64,000 nucleotides of DNA from Waterburya sp. (GTDB lineage: Bacteria > Cyanobacteriota > Cyanobacteriia > Cyanobacteriales > Xenococcaceae), in assembly GCA_965217895.1 (NCBI GenBank), contig CBDCJV010000002.1:1216001-1280000 (forward strand), written 5' to 3'. The notes under the pieces were generated by a model. It saw only the letters and a program-made list of their open reading frames with translations. It did no database searches and was not told the DNA's origin. Position 1 is the first letter of the stretch. Every line of letters begins with the position of its first letter. The position numbers and the translations under genes are program-made. This document shows positions 39,189 to 48,689 of the stretch, one piece after another.

Positions 39189-41312
39189 ATGTCAACTTTT
39201 GCCTCGTTAGAGTTAGCTTTGAAATATTTTTTTGGTCACGATAGCTTTCGTCCTGGGCAAAAGAAAATTATTGAAGCAGCTTTGCGCAATCAAGATTTAC
39301 TAACAATTATGCCTACAGGAGGAGGTAAATCTCTTTGTTTTCAATTGCCAGCTTTGCTTAAAGATGGCATAACTATTGTGGTTTCGCCTCTGATCGCCTT
39401 GATGCAGGATCAGGTAGATTCTTTACAGGACAACGGCATCAATGCTACCTATCTCAATAGTACCATCGAGTATGAAGAAAGGCGATCGCGCCAAATAGCT
39501 ATTCTCAAAAATCAGGTTAAGCTACTTTATGTTGCTCCAGAACGACTGCTAAACGAAAGATTTAGTGTATTCCTCGAACAAGTAGCTACTCAAGTGGGCA
39601 TATCCACCATCGCTATTGATGAAGCTCACTGCGTCTCGGAGTGGGGACACGATTTTCGTCCTGAGTACAGCAAGCTAAAAATATTACGCCAACGCTATCC
39701 CCAGATTCCTCTTCAGGCACTTACCGCCACCGCTACCAAAAGAGTTCAGCAGGATATAATTCAACAGCTTAATTTGCGATCGCCTGATATTCATGTCGCC
39801 AGCTTCGATCGCCCTAATCTTCATTATGAAGTACAGCCTAAAGACCGCAATATCTATCATAGGCTGCTGCGGACTATTCGCTCGGAATTGGGTGCGGGGA
39901 TAGTTTATTGTCTGAGTCGTCGTCGCGTCGAAGAAGTAGCGACTAAGCTCAAGCATGATGGTATAAATGCCCTGCCCTATCATGCAGGATTATCAGACAA
40001 AGAAAGAAGTAGTAATCAGACTAGTTTTTTGCGGGATGATATTCAGGTAATTGTTGCCACTATTGCTTTTGGTATGGGTATTGATAAGCCTGATGTGCGC
40101 TTTGTTTTTCATTACGACTTACCCCGCAGTTTAGAAAGCTTTTATCAAGAGTCGGGGCGTGCGGGAAGAGACGGCGAACTATCAAAGTCTATCTTATTTT
40201 TTAGTTTGGGCGATCGCAAAAAGATTGAGTTCTTGATCGAACAAAAAGCCGATCAAGGTGAACAAAAGATTGCTCTACAACAGTTACGCCAGGTAATTAA
40301 CTACGCTGAGGGTAATGATTGTCGTCGTACCATTATCCTGCGCTATTTTGGCGAAAGATATCCTGGAAATTGCGGTAAATGTGATAACTGTCTCAATCCT
40401 AAACCCATCGAGGACTGGACTGTAGAAGCGCAAAAGTTTCTTTCTTGTGTTGCTCGCTGTGAAGAAAAATTTGGTGTCAATCACATTGTTGATGTCTTAA
40501 TTGGCTCACGCAAACAGAAAATCTATCAGTATGGACATCATCTATTATCTACCTACGGTATCGGCAAGGGTAGAACCGCCGATGAATGGCGAATGCTAGG
40601 GCGAAGTCTAGTGCATCAAGGTTTGGTAGGGCAAACAACTGACGGTTATTCCGTACTCAAACTCAATAAACGCAGTTGGTCAGTTTTTCGTAGTCAACTA
40701 GCGGTAAAAATTGCCATTGACAAACATCAAACTAAAACTACTACTGCTTACAATCCTCGCAAAGAAGAAGCAGAATTACTGTTTGAAAAACTCAGAAAAC
40801 TACGCAAGCAAATTGGCGATCGCAATTCTCTTGCACCCTATATGATTTTTGCCGATTCTAGTCTCAAGCTAATGGCGCAAGTGCGTCCCAAAACTTTAGT
40901 AGATTTTGCTAATTTATCGGGAGTTAACGAATATAAAGCCCAACAGTATGGCGATAGTTTTATTTCGGCAATTTTAGAGTTTAATGAGTTGCACAAACTA
41001 CCCGTCAGCATTCCTTCAAAAAGCCAAATGGCCACCCTAGAGCTACATCAGCAGGGTTTGAGCGTAGCCGAAATTGCCCAAAAACGCGGTTTTGCAGTCT
41101 CAACAATTTACAATCATTTAAGTGAGCTATTGGAAATGAATCAGCCAGTAGCTCTCAATAAATTAGTTACAGCAGATAAGCAACAAGCGATTATCAAGGC
41201 GATCGAGCAAGTTGGAGATGCTAGTCTTAAAACTATCAAAGATAGCCTCACAGACGACTATAGTTATGAAGAAATAAAGCTAGTCCGAAGCTGGAAGCGA
41301 AATCAAAAATAA
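39189..41312 (+). CDS. recQ: ATP-dependent DNA helicase RecQ
   Basis: MPTGGGKS, DEAHCVSEWGHDFR, QESGRAGRDG, Zn-binding CRR..CGKCDNC, RQC and HRDC regions. Confidence 0.97.
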   Translation: MSTFASLELALKYFFGHDSFRPGQKKIIEAALRNQDLLTIMPTGGGKSLCFQLPALLKDGITIVVSPLIALMQDQVDSLQDNGINATYLNSTIEYEERRSRQIAILKNQVKLLYVAPERLLNERFSVFLEQVATQVGISTIAIDEAHCVSEWGHDFRPEYSKLKILRQRYPQIPLQALTATATKRVQQDIIQQLNLRSPDIHVASFDRPNLHYEVQPKDRNIYHRLLRTIRSELGAGIVYCLSRRRVEEVATKLKHDGINALPYHAGLSDKERSSNQTSFLRDDIQVIVATIAFGMGIDKPDVRFVFHYDLPRSLESFYQESGRAGRDGELSKSILFFSLGDRKKIEFLIEQKADQGEQKIALQQLRQVINYAEGNDCRRTIILRYFGERYPGNCGKCDNCLNPKPIEDWTVEAQKFLSCVARCEEKFGVNHIVDVLIGSRKQKIYQYGHHLLSTYGIGKGRTADEWRMLGRSLVHQGLVGQTTDGYSVLKLNKRSWSVFRSQLAVKIAIDKHQTKTTTAYNPRKEEAELLFEKLRKLRKQIGDRNSLAPYMIFADSSLKLMAQVRPKTLVDFANLSGVNEYKAQQYGDSFISAILEFNELHKLPVSIPSKSQMATLELHQQGLSVAEIAQKRGFAVSTIYNHLSELLEMNQPVALNKLVTADKQQAIIKAIEQVGDASLKTIKDSLTDDYSYEEIKLVRSWKRNQK

Positions 41313-41383
41313 TTATGTATGTCTATGTAGTAAGTAAATTTCTGTAATTACAAACTACCTACTACAAACCACAAACTTAGTTT

Positions 41384-41500
41384 TTAATCAATGCCCAACT
41401 GATTACCACGCTTGTACTGCATATAGGCAGCAAAGAACAATCCTGCCAAAGTAATAAAAACTAGACCTAAGACAATTCCCAAAAGTAAAGGTTCGATCAA
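41384..41500 (-). CDS. petG: Cytochrome b6f complex subunit V
   Basis: Not in ORF track. TTG start after [45 protein letters not shown]. Confidence 0.95.
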   Translation of the reverse strand: MIEPLLLGIVLGLVFITLAGLFFAAYMQYKRGNQLGID

Positions 41501-41762
41501 GAGCGTATCTCCTTAAAAGTAAATTATTTAACTAACTAAAATATATCCTACGCTAATTCAGCCATAGCTGTCACAGAGACTAGGTAGCAAATATAATTTC
41601 AACTTATGTTTGTTTTTAGTTTGCTATCTATATTATATTTAACTCCTAAGAAATTAAATGATGAATTTGCTTAGCTTATCTATAAGATTTTAAAATATTT
41701 GTTAAATCATAGTTAATATAAGTAAACATTCATCAATTCTTTAATATACATAAATATACATA

Positions 41763-42137
41763 GTGGATAATCAGTTAGTCCAATCTCAGGCTTGGCTAAA
41801 CCGCCTATTTTTAATCATAGTGGCAGTAATGCTGATGATCGGCATCAGCATTCTAGGAATCCATTGGCAAAATGTTTCAGATCCCTATGCCCATGAGGTG
41901 TTGTCTTTAGAAGGTGATGCTTCTAAAGGCTTGGCAATGTTTCAAATTAATTGTGCAGGATGTCATAGTCTACAGGCAGATAGAAATGTAGGACCAAGAT
42001 TAGAAAATATTTCTAAACACAAATCTCAGCGAGACTTAATCAGGCAAGTCACTAGTGGGCAAACTCCTCCCATGCCTAAATTTCAACCTAGTCGGCAAGA
42101 AATGGCAGATTTACTTAGCTATTTAGATCAGCTATAA
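41763..42137 (+). CDS. cytM: Cytochrome cM
   Basis: N-terminal TM, CAGCH heme motif, GQTPPMPKFQP; divergent from petG. Confidence 0.88.
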   Translation: MDNQLVQSQAWLNRLFLIIVAVMLMIGISILGIHWQNVSDPYAHEVLSLEGDASKGLAMFQINCAGCHSLQADRNVGPRLENISKHKSQRDLIRQVTSGQTPPMPKFQPSRQEMADLLSYLDQL

Positions 42138-42186
42138 TTTGAGCCTAGAACTTGCGCAAAATAAACTTTTAAACTCTGCATATATC

Positions 42187-42211
42187 GTAAGGTGGGCATT
42201 GCCCACGCTAC
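42187..42211. repeat. REP-like palindrome
   Basis: GTAAGGTGGGCA-T-TGCCCACGCTAC. Confidence 0.75.
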
Positions 42212-42285
42212 TTACTTATGGTGTTCTTCCGTAAGTCCTGAAGTTTAAACAGGACGAATAGCCATTTGCCCCTACTTAGAAAAAT

Positions 42286-42537
42286 TTAAAATCGCTCTAC
42301 ACTACCAAGGAAGACTGGTTCAACTCGAATAGCTAGTACGCTCTTTGGTCGAATAACCATATATTCTCCCTGAACGTTCTTAATTGGTACATTAACAAAA
42401 TCTTCGGAATCTGATTTTGACATTAATTCCGTGCTGTACCATTTTTGGAAATCTTGGACAGAAGTAAAGCGAACTTCTTCTTTATGACCACCAGAAATTA
42501 ATAGGTTAACTGCGTATTCGTCAGGCTTTCTTGGCAT
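42286..42537 (-). CDS. Small hypothetical protein
   Basis: 83-aa ORF with ATG start in an otherwise empty interval; GGHKEEVRF..FQKWY..VPIKNVQGEYM. Confidence 0.75.
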   Translation of the reverse strand: MPRKPDEYAVNLLISGGHKEEVRFTSVQDFQKWYSTELMSKSDSEDFVNVPIKNVQGEYMVIRPKSVLAIRVEPVFLGSVERF

Positions 42538-42615
42538 AGGAACTAGTTGAAAACTGCAATATCTATAGTTCCCAAAAAACCTAATTTAAACGCCATCTGC
42601 TTAAAAATTTAGCTG

Positions 42616-42794
42616 ACGCGGTGAAGCAGTCCGTTGCGAGGCGAAGCGTTGTGGGGGTTTCCCCCATTGTAGCTATTGCCGTGGGTGCGGAGGTTTCCAA
42701 GGCGGAGACGATCGGGTCAGTTACGGACAAGTCCTTACTCGACCAGATTCCACGCCGCTCGTTATAGAAACTACTGAACCCTTTAGGGGGTCGC
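42616..42794. repeat. GC-rich composite of nested small dispersed repeats
   Basis: GC-rich patch in an AT-rich spacer; hairpins TGGGGG-TTT-CCCCCA, GGAC-AA-GTCC, GGCG...CGCC. Confidence 0.55.
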
Positions 42795-42819
42795 TCGTCT
42801 AACTGTCCTAACTGCTAAA

Positions 42820-43125
42820 CTAATCTTCAGGCTCAACGGTTTTGCTAGGTGAAGCTTCGTATAAAGCATCTAGCTTTGAGCGAGCATCATCTACAGATAC
42901 CGATCGCATTACGAGCAATGGTTCTTCAATCACTTTACCTTGCTCATCTAATAGTTCTGGATGAACTTCTTTTTGCTGGCGAAAATAATTGTTATTTGAA
43001 CGATTGTAGTTGGGTGGATAGAACTTTTGAGTATCGGCACTCAAAGTAATTAAGCTACGTATAAGGTTACTAACTGCCAAAAGAGCAATGGCAGTAAATA
43101 CCAGAATGTAAACTAAATGCAACAT
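42820..43125 (-). CDS. DUF2973 family protein
   Basis: MLHLVYILVF..LAVSNLIRSL, HPELLDEQG, EPLLVMRS. Confidence 0.8.
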   Translation of the reverse strand: MLHLVYILVFTAIALLAVSNLIRSLITLSADTQKFYPPNYNRSNNNYFRQQKEVHPELLDEQGKVIEEPLLVMRSVSVDDARSKLDALYEASPSKTVEPED

Positions 43126-43228
43126 AAGTCTTTTGTTCCTAATAAACTCTTCAAGATGATCTATAAAGTTATATCAATGAGTTTTTTACTGTTGTTTGAG
43201 ATTTGTCAGATATTTTAGATATTTAAGC

Positions 43229-43543
43229 TTAATTTTTAGACTGTCGTCTTTTTTGGGCTACATTCCAACACTCAGCCACTAACTGATGCCAGGGAAGCAG
43301 CATTCTTGAGTCAATACCTGCTGCACCATCTGTAGCCTGAAATAGCATTTGCGCCGTTGTAACTTCTTTTTGACTCTCAACAATTCTTGCTAATAATTGA
43401 GCTTGCTCTTGAGTAGAAAAAAAAGACATTTGCTCTGATTCCAATAAAGAGCGCGATCGCCCAAACCAATATTGAAAATCTTCCAGAAGTGGCTCTAAAA
43501 CCGTCTTGAGTAACTCTTTCTCAGTAGGCTGTTGTCTAGACAT
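43229..43543 (-). CDS. DUF2605 family protein
   Basis: LEPLLEDFQYWF, LPWHQLVAECW. Confidence 0.8.
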   Translation of the reverse strand: MSRQQPTEKELLKTVLEPLLEDFQYWFGRSRSLLESEQMSFFSTQEQAQLLARIVESQKEVTTAQMLFQATDGAAGIDSRMLLPWHQLVAECWNVAQKRRQSKN

Positions 43544-43725
43544 TAAATTTAAATTAGCTTGTAATCTTAATATTTATCTTAGCGGTTTTCATAAAATTTA
43601 ATATAATTTCATTGTTTTATCATATATTGATCTAAAAAGTTGAAGCAGTTGAAAAGTGTAAGAGCAGTTAAATTCAGATTAGACTTAAAATATAACGAGA
43701 TTACTTGCGTCCTTTACAACAGCCG

Positions 43726-45537
43726 ATGCCTGAAGCAGAACAAGCACAACAACCAATAAAATTACTCCGTACTAGTGAATCCGAATCCTTACAGAAAATT
43801 CGCCACACCGCATCTCACATCATGGCAATGGCGGTGCAAAAGCTTTTTCCTAAAGCCCAGGTTACCATAGGACCCTGGACAGAAAATGGCTTTTATTACG
43901 ATTTTGATAGTCCCGATCCTTTTACCGAAAAAGATTTGAAAAAAATCCGTAAGGAAATGATCAAAATTATTAATCGTAACCTACCTGTAGAGCGAGAAGA
44001 AGTTAGCCGAGAAGAAGCTAAACAACGCATTGAAGCTCAAGGTGAACCCTACAAGCTAGAAATTTTAGACAGTATTCACGAACCGATTACCATTTATCAC
44101 TTAGGCGAACAGTGGTGGGATCTCTGTGCAGGTCCTCATGTAGCCCACACTGCTGATATCGATCCTAAGGCGATCGCCCTCGAAAGCGTGGCAGGGGCAT
44201 ACTGGCGCGGAGATGAAACTAAGGCACAGCTACAGCGTATTTATGGTACTGCTTGGGAAACACCCGAACAGTTAGCAGAATATCAGCGTCGTAAAGAAGA
44301 AGCTTTAAAACGCGATCATCGTAAACTGGGCAAAGAACTAGGCTTATTTATCTTCTCTGATTTAGTTGGGGCAGGTTTACCTTTGTGGACTCCTAAAGGA
44401 ACTATCTTGCGATCACAACTGGAAGATTATCTTAAGCAAGAACAAATAAAGCGGGGTTATCTGCCTGTAGTTACGCCTCATCTGGGTAAAGTCGATTTAT
44501 TTAAAATTTCAGGACACTGGCAAAACTACAAAGAAGATTCGTTTCCGATGATGGCAGAAGACGAAGCAGCAGCAGCAGCAGAACAAGGTTTTGTGCTTAA
44601 GCCCATGAACTGTCCGTTCCATATTCAGATTTATCAAAGTGAATTGCGCTCTTATAAAGAGTTGCCGATAAGACTGGCGGAATTTGGTACAGTCTATCGT
44701 TATGAACAGTCAGGTGAATTAGGTGGACTTACACGAGTTAGAGGTTTTACTCAAGACGATGCTCATTTGTTCGTTACACCAGAACAATTAGATGAGGAAT
44801 TCTTGAAAGTAGTTGATTTAATTCAAATTGTCTTTAAAAATTTGCAGTTAACTAACTTCAAAGCCCGTTTGAGTTTCCGCGATCCAGAATCGGATAAATA
44901 TATCGGTTCAGATGAAGCATGGTCAAAGGCTCAAAATGCAATTCGTCGTGCTGTAGAAAAAATGGGCATGGAACATTTTGAAGGAATTGGCGAAGCTGCT
45001 TTTTATGGACCAAAGCTAGACTTTATCTTTGAAGATGCCTTGGGTAGAGAATGGCAGCTAGGTACAGTGCAGGTAGACTATAATTTGCCCGATCGCTTTG
45101 GACTAGAGTATGTTGCCGAGGATGGCTCCCGCCAGCGTCCAATTATGATCCACCGCGCGCCTTTTGGTTCATTAGAAAGGCTAATTGGCATCTTGATTGA
45201 AGAATATGCAGGCGACTTTCCTCTGTGGCTTGCCCCTGTACAGGTGCGCTTGTTACCCGTGCGAGATGCTCATTTCGACTATGTAAAAGCAGTAGCTGCC
45301 AAAATGCGGGAGGCAGGAATTCGCGCCGAAGCTGATACTAGCGGCGAACGTCTGGGTAAAATGATTCGTAATGCCGAGAAGCAAAAGATCCCTGTCATGT
45401 CAGTGGTTGGTGACAAAGAAGTAGAAGATAATACCTTGAGCATTCGTACTCGTGCTTCGGGAGAATTAGGCGCGATCGCTCTTGTCGAAGTTATTAAGAA
45501 ACTGACTCAGGCAATTTCCGAACACACTAACTTTTAG
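43726..45537 (+). CDS. thrS: Threonine--tRNA ligase
   Basis: RHTASH, DLCAGPH, KPMNCP, RVRGFTQDDAH, HRAPFGSLER; ATG 43726 preferred. Confidence 0.98.
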   Translation: MPEAEQAQQPIKLLRTSESESLQKIRHTASHIMAMAVQKLFPKAQVTIGPWTENGFYYDFDSPDPFTEKDLKKIRKEMIKIINRNLPVEREEVSREEAKQRIEAQGEPYKLEILDSIHEPITIYHLGEQWWDLCAGPHVAHTADIDPKAIALESVAGAYWRGDETKAQLQRIYGTAWETPEQLAEYQRRKEEALKRDHRKLGKELGLFIFSDLVGAGLPLWTPKGTILRSQLEDYLKQEQIKRGYLPVVTPHLGKVDLFKISGHWQNYKEDSFPMMAEDEAAAAAEQGFVLKPMNCPFHIQIYQSELRSYKELPIRLAEFGTVYRYEQSGELGGLTRVRGFTQDDAHLFVTPEQLDEEFLKVVDLIQIVFKNLQLTNFKARLSFRDPESDKYIGSDEAWSKAQNAIRRAVEKMGMEHFEGIGEAAFYGPKLDFIFEDALGREWQLGTVQVDYNLPDRFGLEYVAEDGSRQRPIMIHRAPFGSLERLIGILIEEYAGDFPLWLAPVQVRLLPVRDAHFDYVKAVAAKMREAGIRAEADTSGERLGKMIRNAEKQKIPVMSVVGDKEVEDNTLSIRTRASGELGAIALVEVIKKLTQAISEHTNF

Positions 45538-45818
45538 CAGGCGCGAAATATTGATGTTTAATTAAGGGAAAAACTTAAATCTACTACTTTCAAATATTTG
45601 TAAAGTAAAGTAATCTATTTTACCAAAAGCTTATATTGAGTTGTTTAGTAGTTTAGTAGATGTACATTAGCAGACAGACTGAATTAAGCTAGATCATATA
45701 AAAATATAATAAATCACTAAAAGCTTTCTGACTGCATGGGAAAGTGCGCCTTGGCAAATTCTGACTTCTGACTAAAAGTATCTCTATTTTTCCTACTTAA
45801 TTTATATATACAATATCG

Positions 45819-48644
45819 ATGTCATATAGTTTTCCATTGCTAACAAATGCAGTAACCATATTTAGCTATTGGTCTAAAAAGTCTGGCAATATAGTTGTAT
45901 GTAGCTTACTTTGGTTTAATTTTGGCATTATAAAAGCTCATGCCAAAGATAATATTTTGGTAATTCATTCTTATAATCCCGAATTATCTCAAACAAAGCA
46001 GCAGCAAGAAGCTATCGCCCAGGGGTTTGCGGAAACAAACGATAAAATCAACGTTTTTCACGAGTATTTAGACGGGAAACGTTATTCAAATCCAAAACAA
46101 AAACAGGAATTTATCAATTACATAGATAAAAAATACGCTACGGCTTCCCTTAATTTATTAATGGTGGTAGATGAGCCTAGCTTGCAACTAATGTTAGAGC
46201 AACATGACCGCCTTTTTGCCAATCTTCCAGTCGTATTTTTAGGTATAGATCATTTGCGACAGGAGTTACTAGACACTCCCTGGCTTACAGGAGTATTTGA
46301 GAACTACGCCACAATCGATACTATTTTAGAAGCTGCACGACAAACCTGGACAAATACTGTAGTTGTTGTTAACGACACTACTGAAGCGGGAGAAGTAAAT
46401 CTAGAGCAAATCAATCAACTAAAAGAGATTTCTAATAAACATCTTCGGGTTGAGATGATTAACGATCTAAGTGTTCGGGACATTAAAAATCGCTTAGGAA
46501 AATATCCTGATAATTTGCCGATTATATTACTAGGACAGCTACGCCGAAATAATTCTGGTGGTGATTTGATCGACCCTGAAGAAGATACTCAAATTATCAA
46601 GTCAAAAATTCCTAATCCTATTTACACTGACAATGCAGTTCGTTTGGGAAAAGGAGTGGTAGGAGGAAAAGTTTTTGATACGGACTATCATGCCCGACAA
46701 GCTGTGGAACTTGCTGAACAAATTTTGCAGGGAGTAAAGCCTAATGAGGTAGGTCCCATTTTTACAGGGAAAAACCGCTGGATTTTTGATTATCGACAGT
46801 TGCAGAATTATGATATCAAGCTTGATTCATTACCAGACGACAGTGAGTTGCTGTATGTTGAACCACCATTTTATGTCAAGTATAGAACCATAGTTGCCAT
46901 TATTGCTCTTGGCTTTCTTTCGAGTGTACTCACAATTATTTTGTTAAGCGAAAAAATGAGAAAGCGCGATATTGCTAACAAAATTCTTCAGGAACATAAA
47001 CAAAGGTACAAAGATTTGGCTGAGGCAGGAGCAAATGTTTTTTGGGAACTAGATGACCAACTAAAATATTGTTATATATCTGGGGATATTCAAGATCTTT
47101 GTGGCTTAAAGCCTTCAGATCTATTGGGTCATTCTCCTCAAGATTTACATCGTCGCAATTCTAAATTGGATGTAGATTGGGAACTTTTGCGACAACTTAC
47201 TCAACTGCGAGAGCCAATCAAAAACTTTACTTTTAGTCTAAAAGATGAAGAGAATAAGGTAAGGATCTTTAAAATCAACGGTAATCCTTTATTTGATCGC
47301 GATTATCGCTTCTTGGGATATCGCGGTGTAAAGCAAGAAATCACCGCCGAAAGAAATCTATCTCAAAAAATTGCTTATCAAGCAACCTATGACGATTTGA
47401 CGGGTCTATTAAATCGCCGTGAATTTAATGAAAAACTGAAATATTCTGTGCAAAAAGCGCATAAATACCATACTGAATCAGTTTTGTGCTATCTAGATTT
47501 AGATCGCTTCAAAATTGTCAACGATACCGCTGGACATTTAGTTGGCGATCGCCTGTTGTCAGAATTGGCACAGCTACTACAAAAAATGATCCGCAAGGGA
47601 GACACCCTGGGTAGATTAGGGGGAGATGAATTTGGATTATTGCTAGAAGGATGCTCTATCGCTGAAGCAGAGCAAATTTGTGAACACTTAATCAGTTCGA
47701 TTAATAACTATCGTCTCAAGTGGAACAATGTTGAATTTGATGTGGGAGTCAGCATTGGCATTGTTGGTATTTCCTATGCTTCTACTGATGCAGCCGAAGT
47801 TTTGAGTCGGGCAGATGTGGCTTGCTATCAGGCAAAAAATTCAGGTCGAGGTCGAGTTTACATTTTCGAGAATAACCATCAAAAAGTTAATCTAGAGCAA
47901 ACTCAAATGGGACACATTGCTAATGTTTCTCAGGCAATTAAAGAAAATCGTTTTTATTTAGTTAAACAATTAATCAAACCTTTAGTCGATGATGGTCAGC
48001 AACGTCAACATTATGAAATTTTGCTAAGGCTTAAAGACCCTTCTGGCAAGTCTATTCGCCCAGATCAGTTTATTCCTGTAGCCGAACGCTATGGGGTAAT
48101 TACCATTGTCGATCGCTGGGTTTTAGAAGCAACTTTAAACTCCTATGCAGAATGCTTTGGCGACACACAAACCTTAGTTTCGATCAATTTATCTGGTGCT
48201 AGCATCAATGACGAAAGATTTACTAATTATGCGATCGATCTAATCAAGCAATCTAAAGTGCCTGGGGATTGTCTTTGTTTTGAAATCACTGAAACCGCAG
48301 CTATTGAACAAATTATCCATGCTCAAAAATTTATGTCTTCGATGAAAGATTTGGGAGTCAAATTTGCTTTGGATGATTTTGGCAGTGGTGTTTCTTCCTT
48401 TTCTTATCTCAAAAATTTACCCGTAGACTATTTAAAAATTGATGGCAGTTTAGTCAAAAATATTCTCAAGGAAGAGTACAATCTCGCTATTGTCAATTCA
48501 ATCAATGAAGTTGCTCATCTAATGGGCATTAAAACCATTGCTGAGTTTGTAGACAACGACCAGATATTAGAACGTTTGGCAAAAATTAGTATTGACTACG
48601 CTCAAGGTTATTATCTCGGCAAACCAGTGGCGATCGCGTCTTAG
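45819..48644 (+). CDS. Periplasmic-binding-type sensor + PAS + GGDEF-EAL protein
   Basis: ILVIHSY..EYLD sensor region, TM, PAS, RLGGDEF, YEILLR, DDFGSG. Confidence 0.9.
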   Translation: MSYSFPLLTNAVTIFSYWSKKSGNIVVCSLLWFNFGIIKAHAKDNILVIHSYNPELSQTKQQQEAIAQGFAETNDKINVFHEYLDGKRYSNPKQKQEFINYIDKKYATASLNLLMVVDEPSLQLMLEQHDRLFANLPVVFLGIDHLRQELLDTPWLTGVFENYATIDTILEAARQTWTNTVVVVNDTTEAGEVNLEQINQLKEISNKHLRVEMINDLSVRDIKNRLGKYPDNLPIILLGQLRRNNSGGDLIDPEEDTQIIKSKIPNPIYTDNAVRLGKGVVGGKVFDTDYHARQAVELAEQILQGVKPNEVGPIFTGKNRWIFDYRQLQNYDIKLDSLPDDSELLYVEPPFYVKYRTIVAIIALGFLSSVLTIILLSEKMRKRDIANKILQEHKQRYKDLAEAGANVFWELDDQLKYCYISGDIQDLCGLKPSDLLGHSPQDLHRRNSKLDVDWELLRQLTQLREPIKNFTFSLKDEENKVRIFKINGNPLFDRDYRFLGYRGVKQEITAERNLSQKIAYQATYDDLTGLLNRREFNEKLKYSVQKAHKYHTESVLCYLDLDRFKIVNDTAGHLVGDRLLSELAQLLQKMIRKGDTLGRLGGDEFGLLLEGCSIAEAEQICEHLISSINNYRLKWNNVEFDVGVSIGIVGISYASTDAAEVLSRADVACYQAKNSGRGRVYIFENNHQKVNLEQTQMGHIANVSQAIKENRFYLVKQLIKPLVDDGQQRQHYEILLRLKDPSGKSIRPDQFIPVAERYGVITIVDRWVLEATLNSYAECFGDTQTLVSINLSGASINDERFTNYAIDLIKQSKVPGDCLCFEITETAAIEQIIHAQKFMSSMKDLGVKFALDDFGSGVSSFSYLKNLPVDYLKIDGSLVKNILKEEYNLAIVNSINEVAHLMGIKTIAEFVDNDQILERLAKISIDYAQGYYLGKPVAIAS

Positions 48645-48689
48645 GAAGCAAGAAGTATTCGATTTTATAGCATTACGTTTTTAGATATT

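Noticed and set aside
45720..45775. GC-richer patch upstream of the GGDEF-EAL gene as a c-di-GMP riboswitch
   Set aside because: The two-hairpin GEMM architecture could not be built; it looks like a small insert in TTCTGAC repeats.
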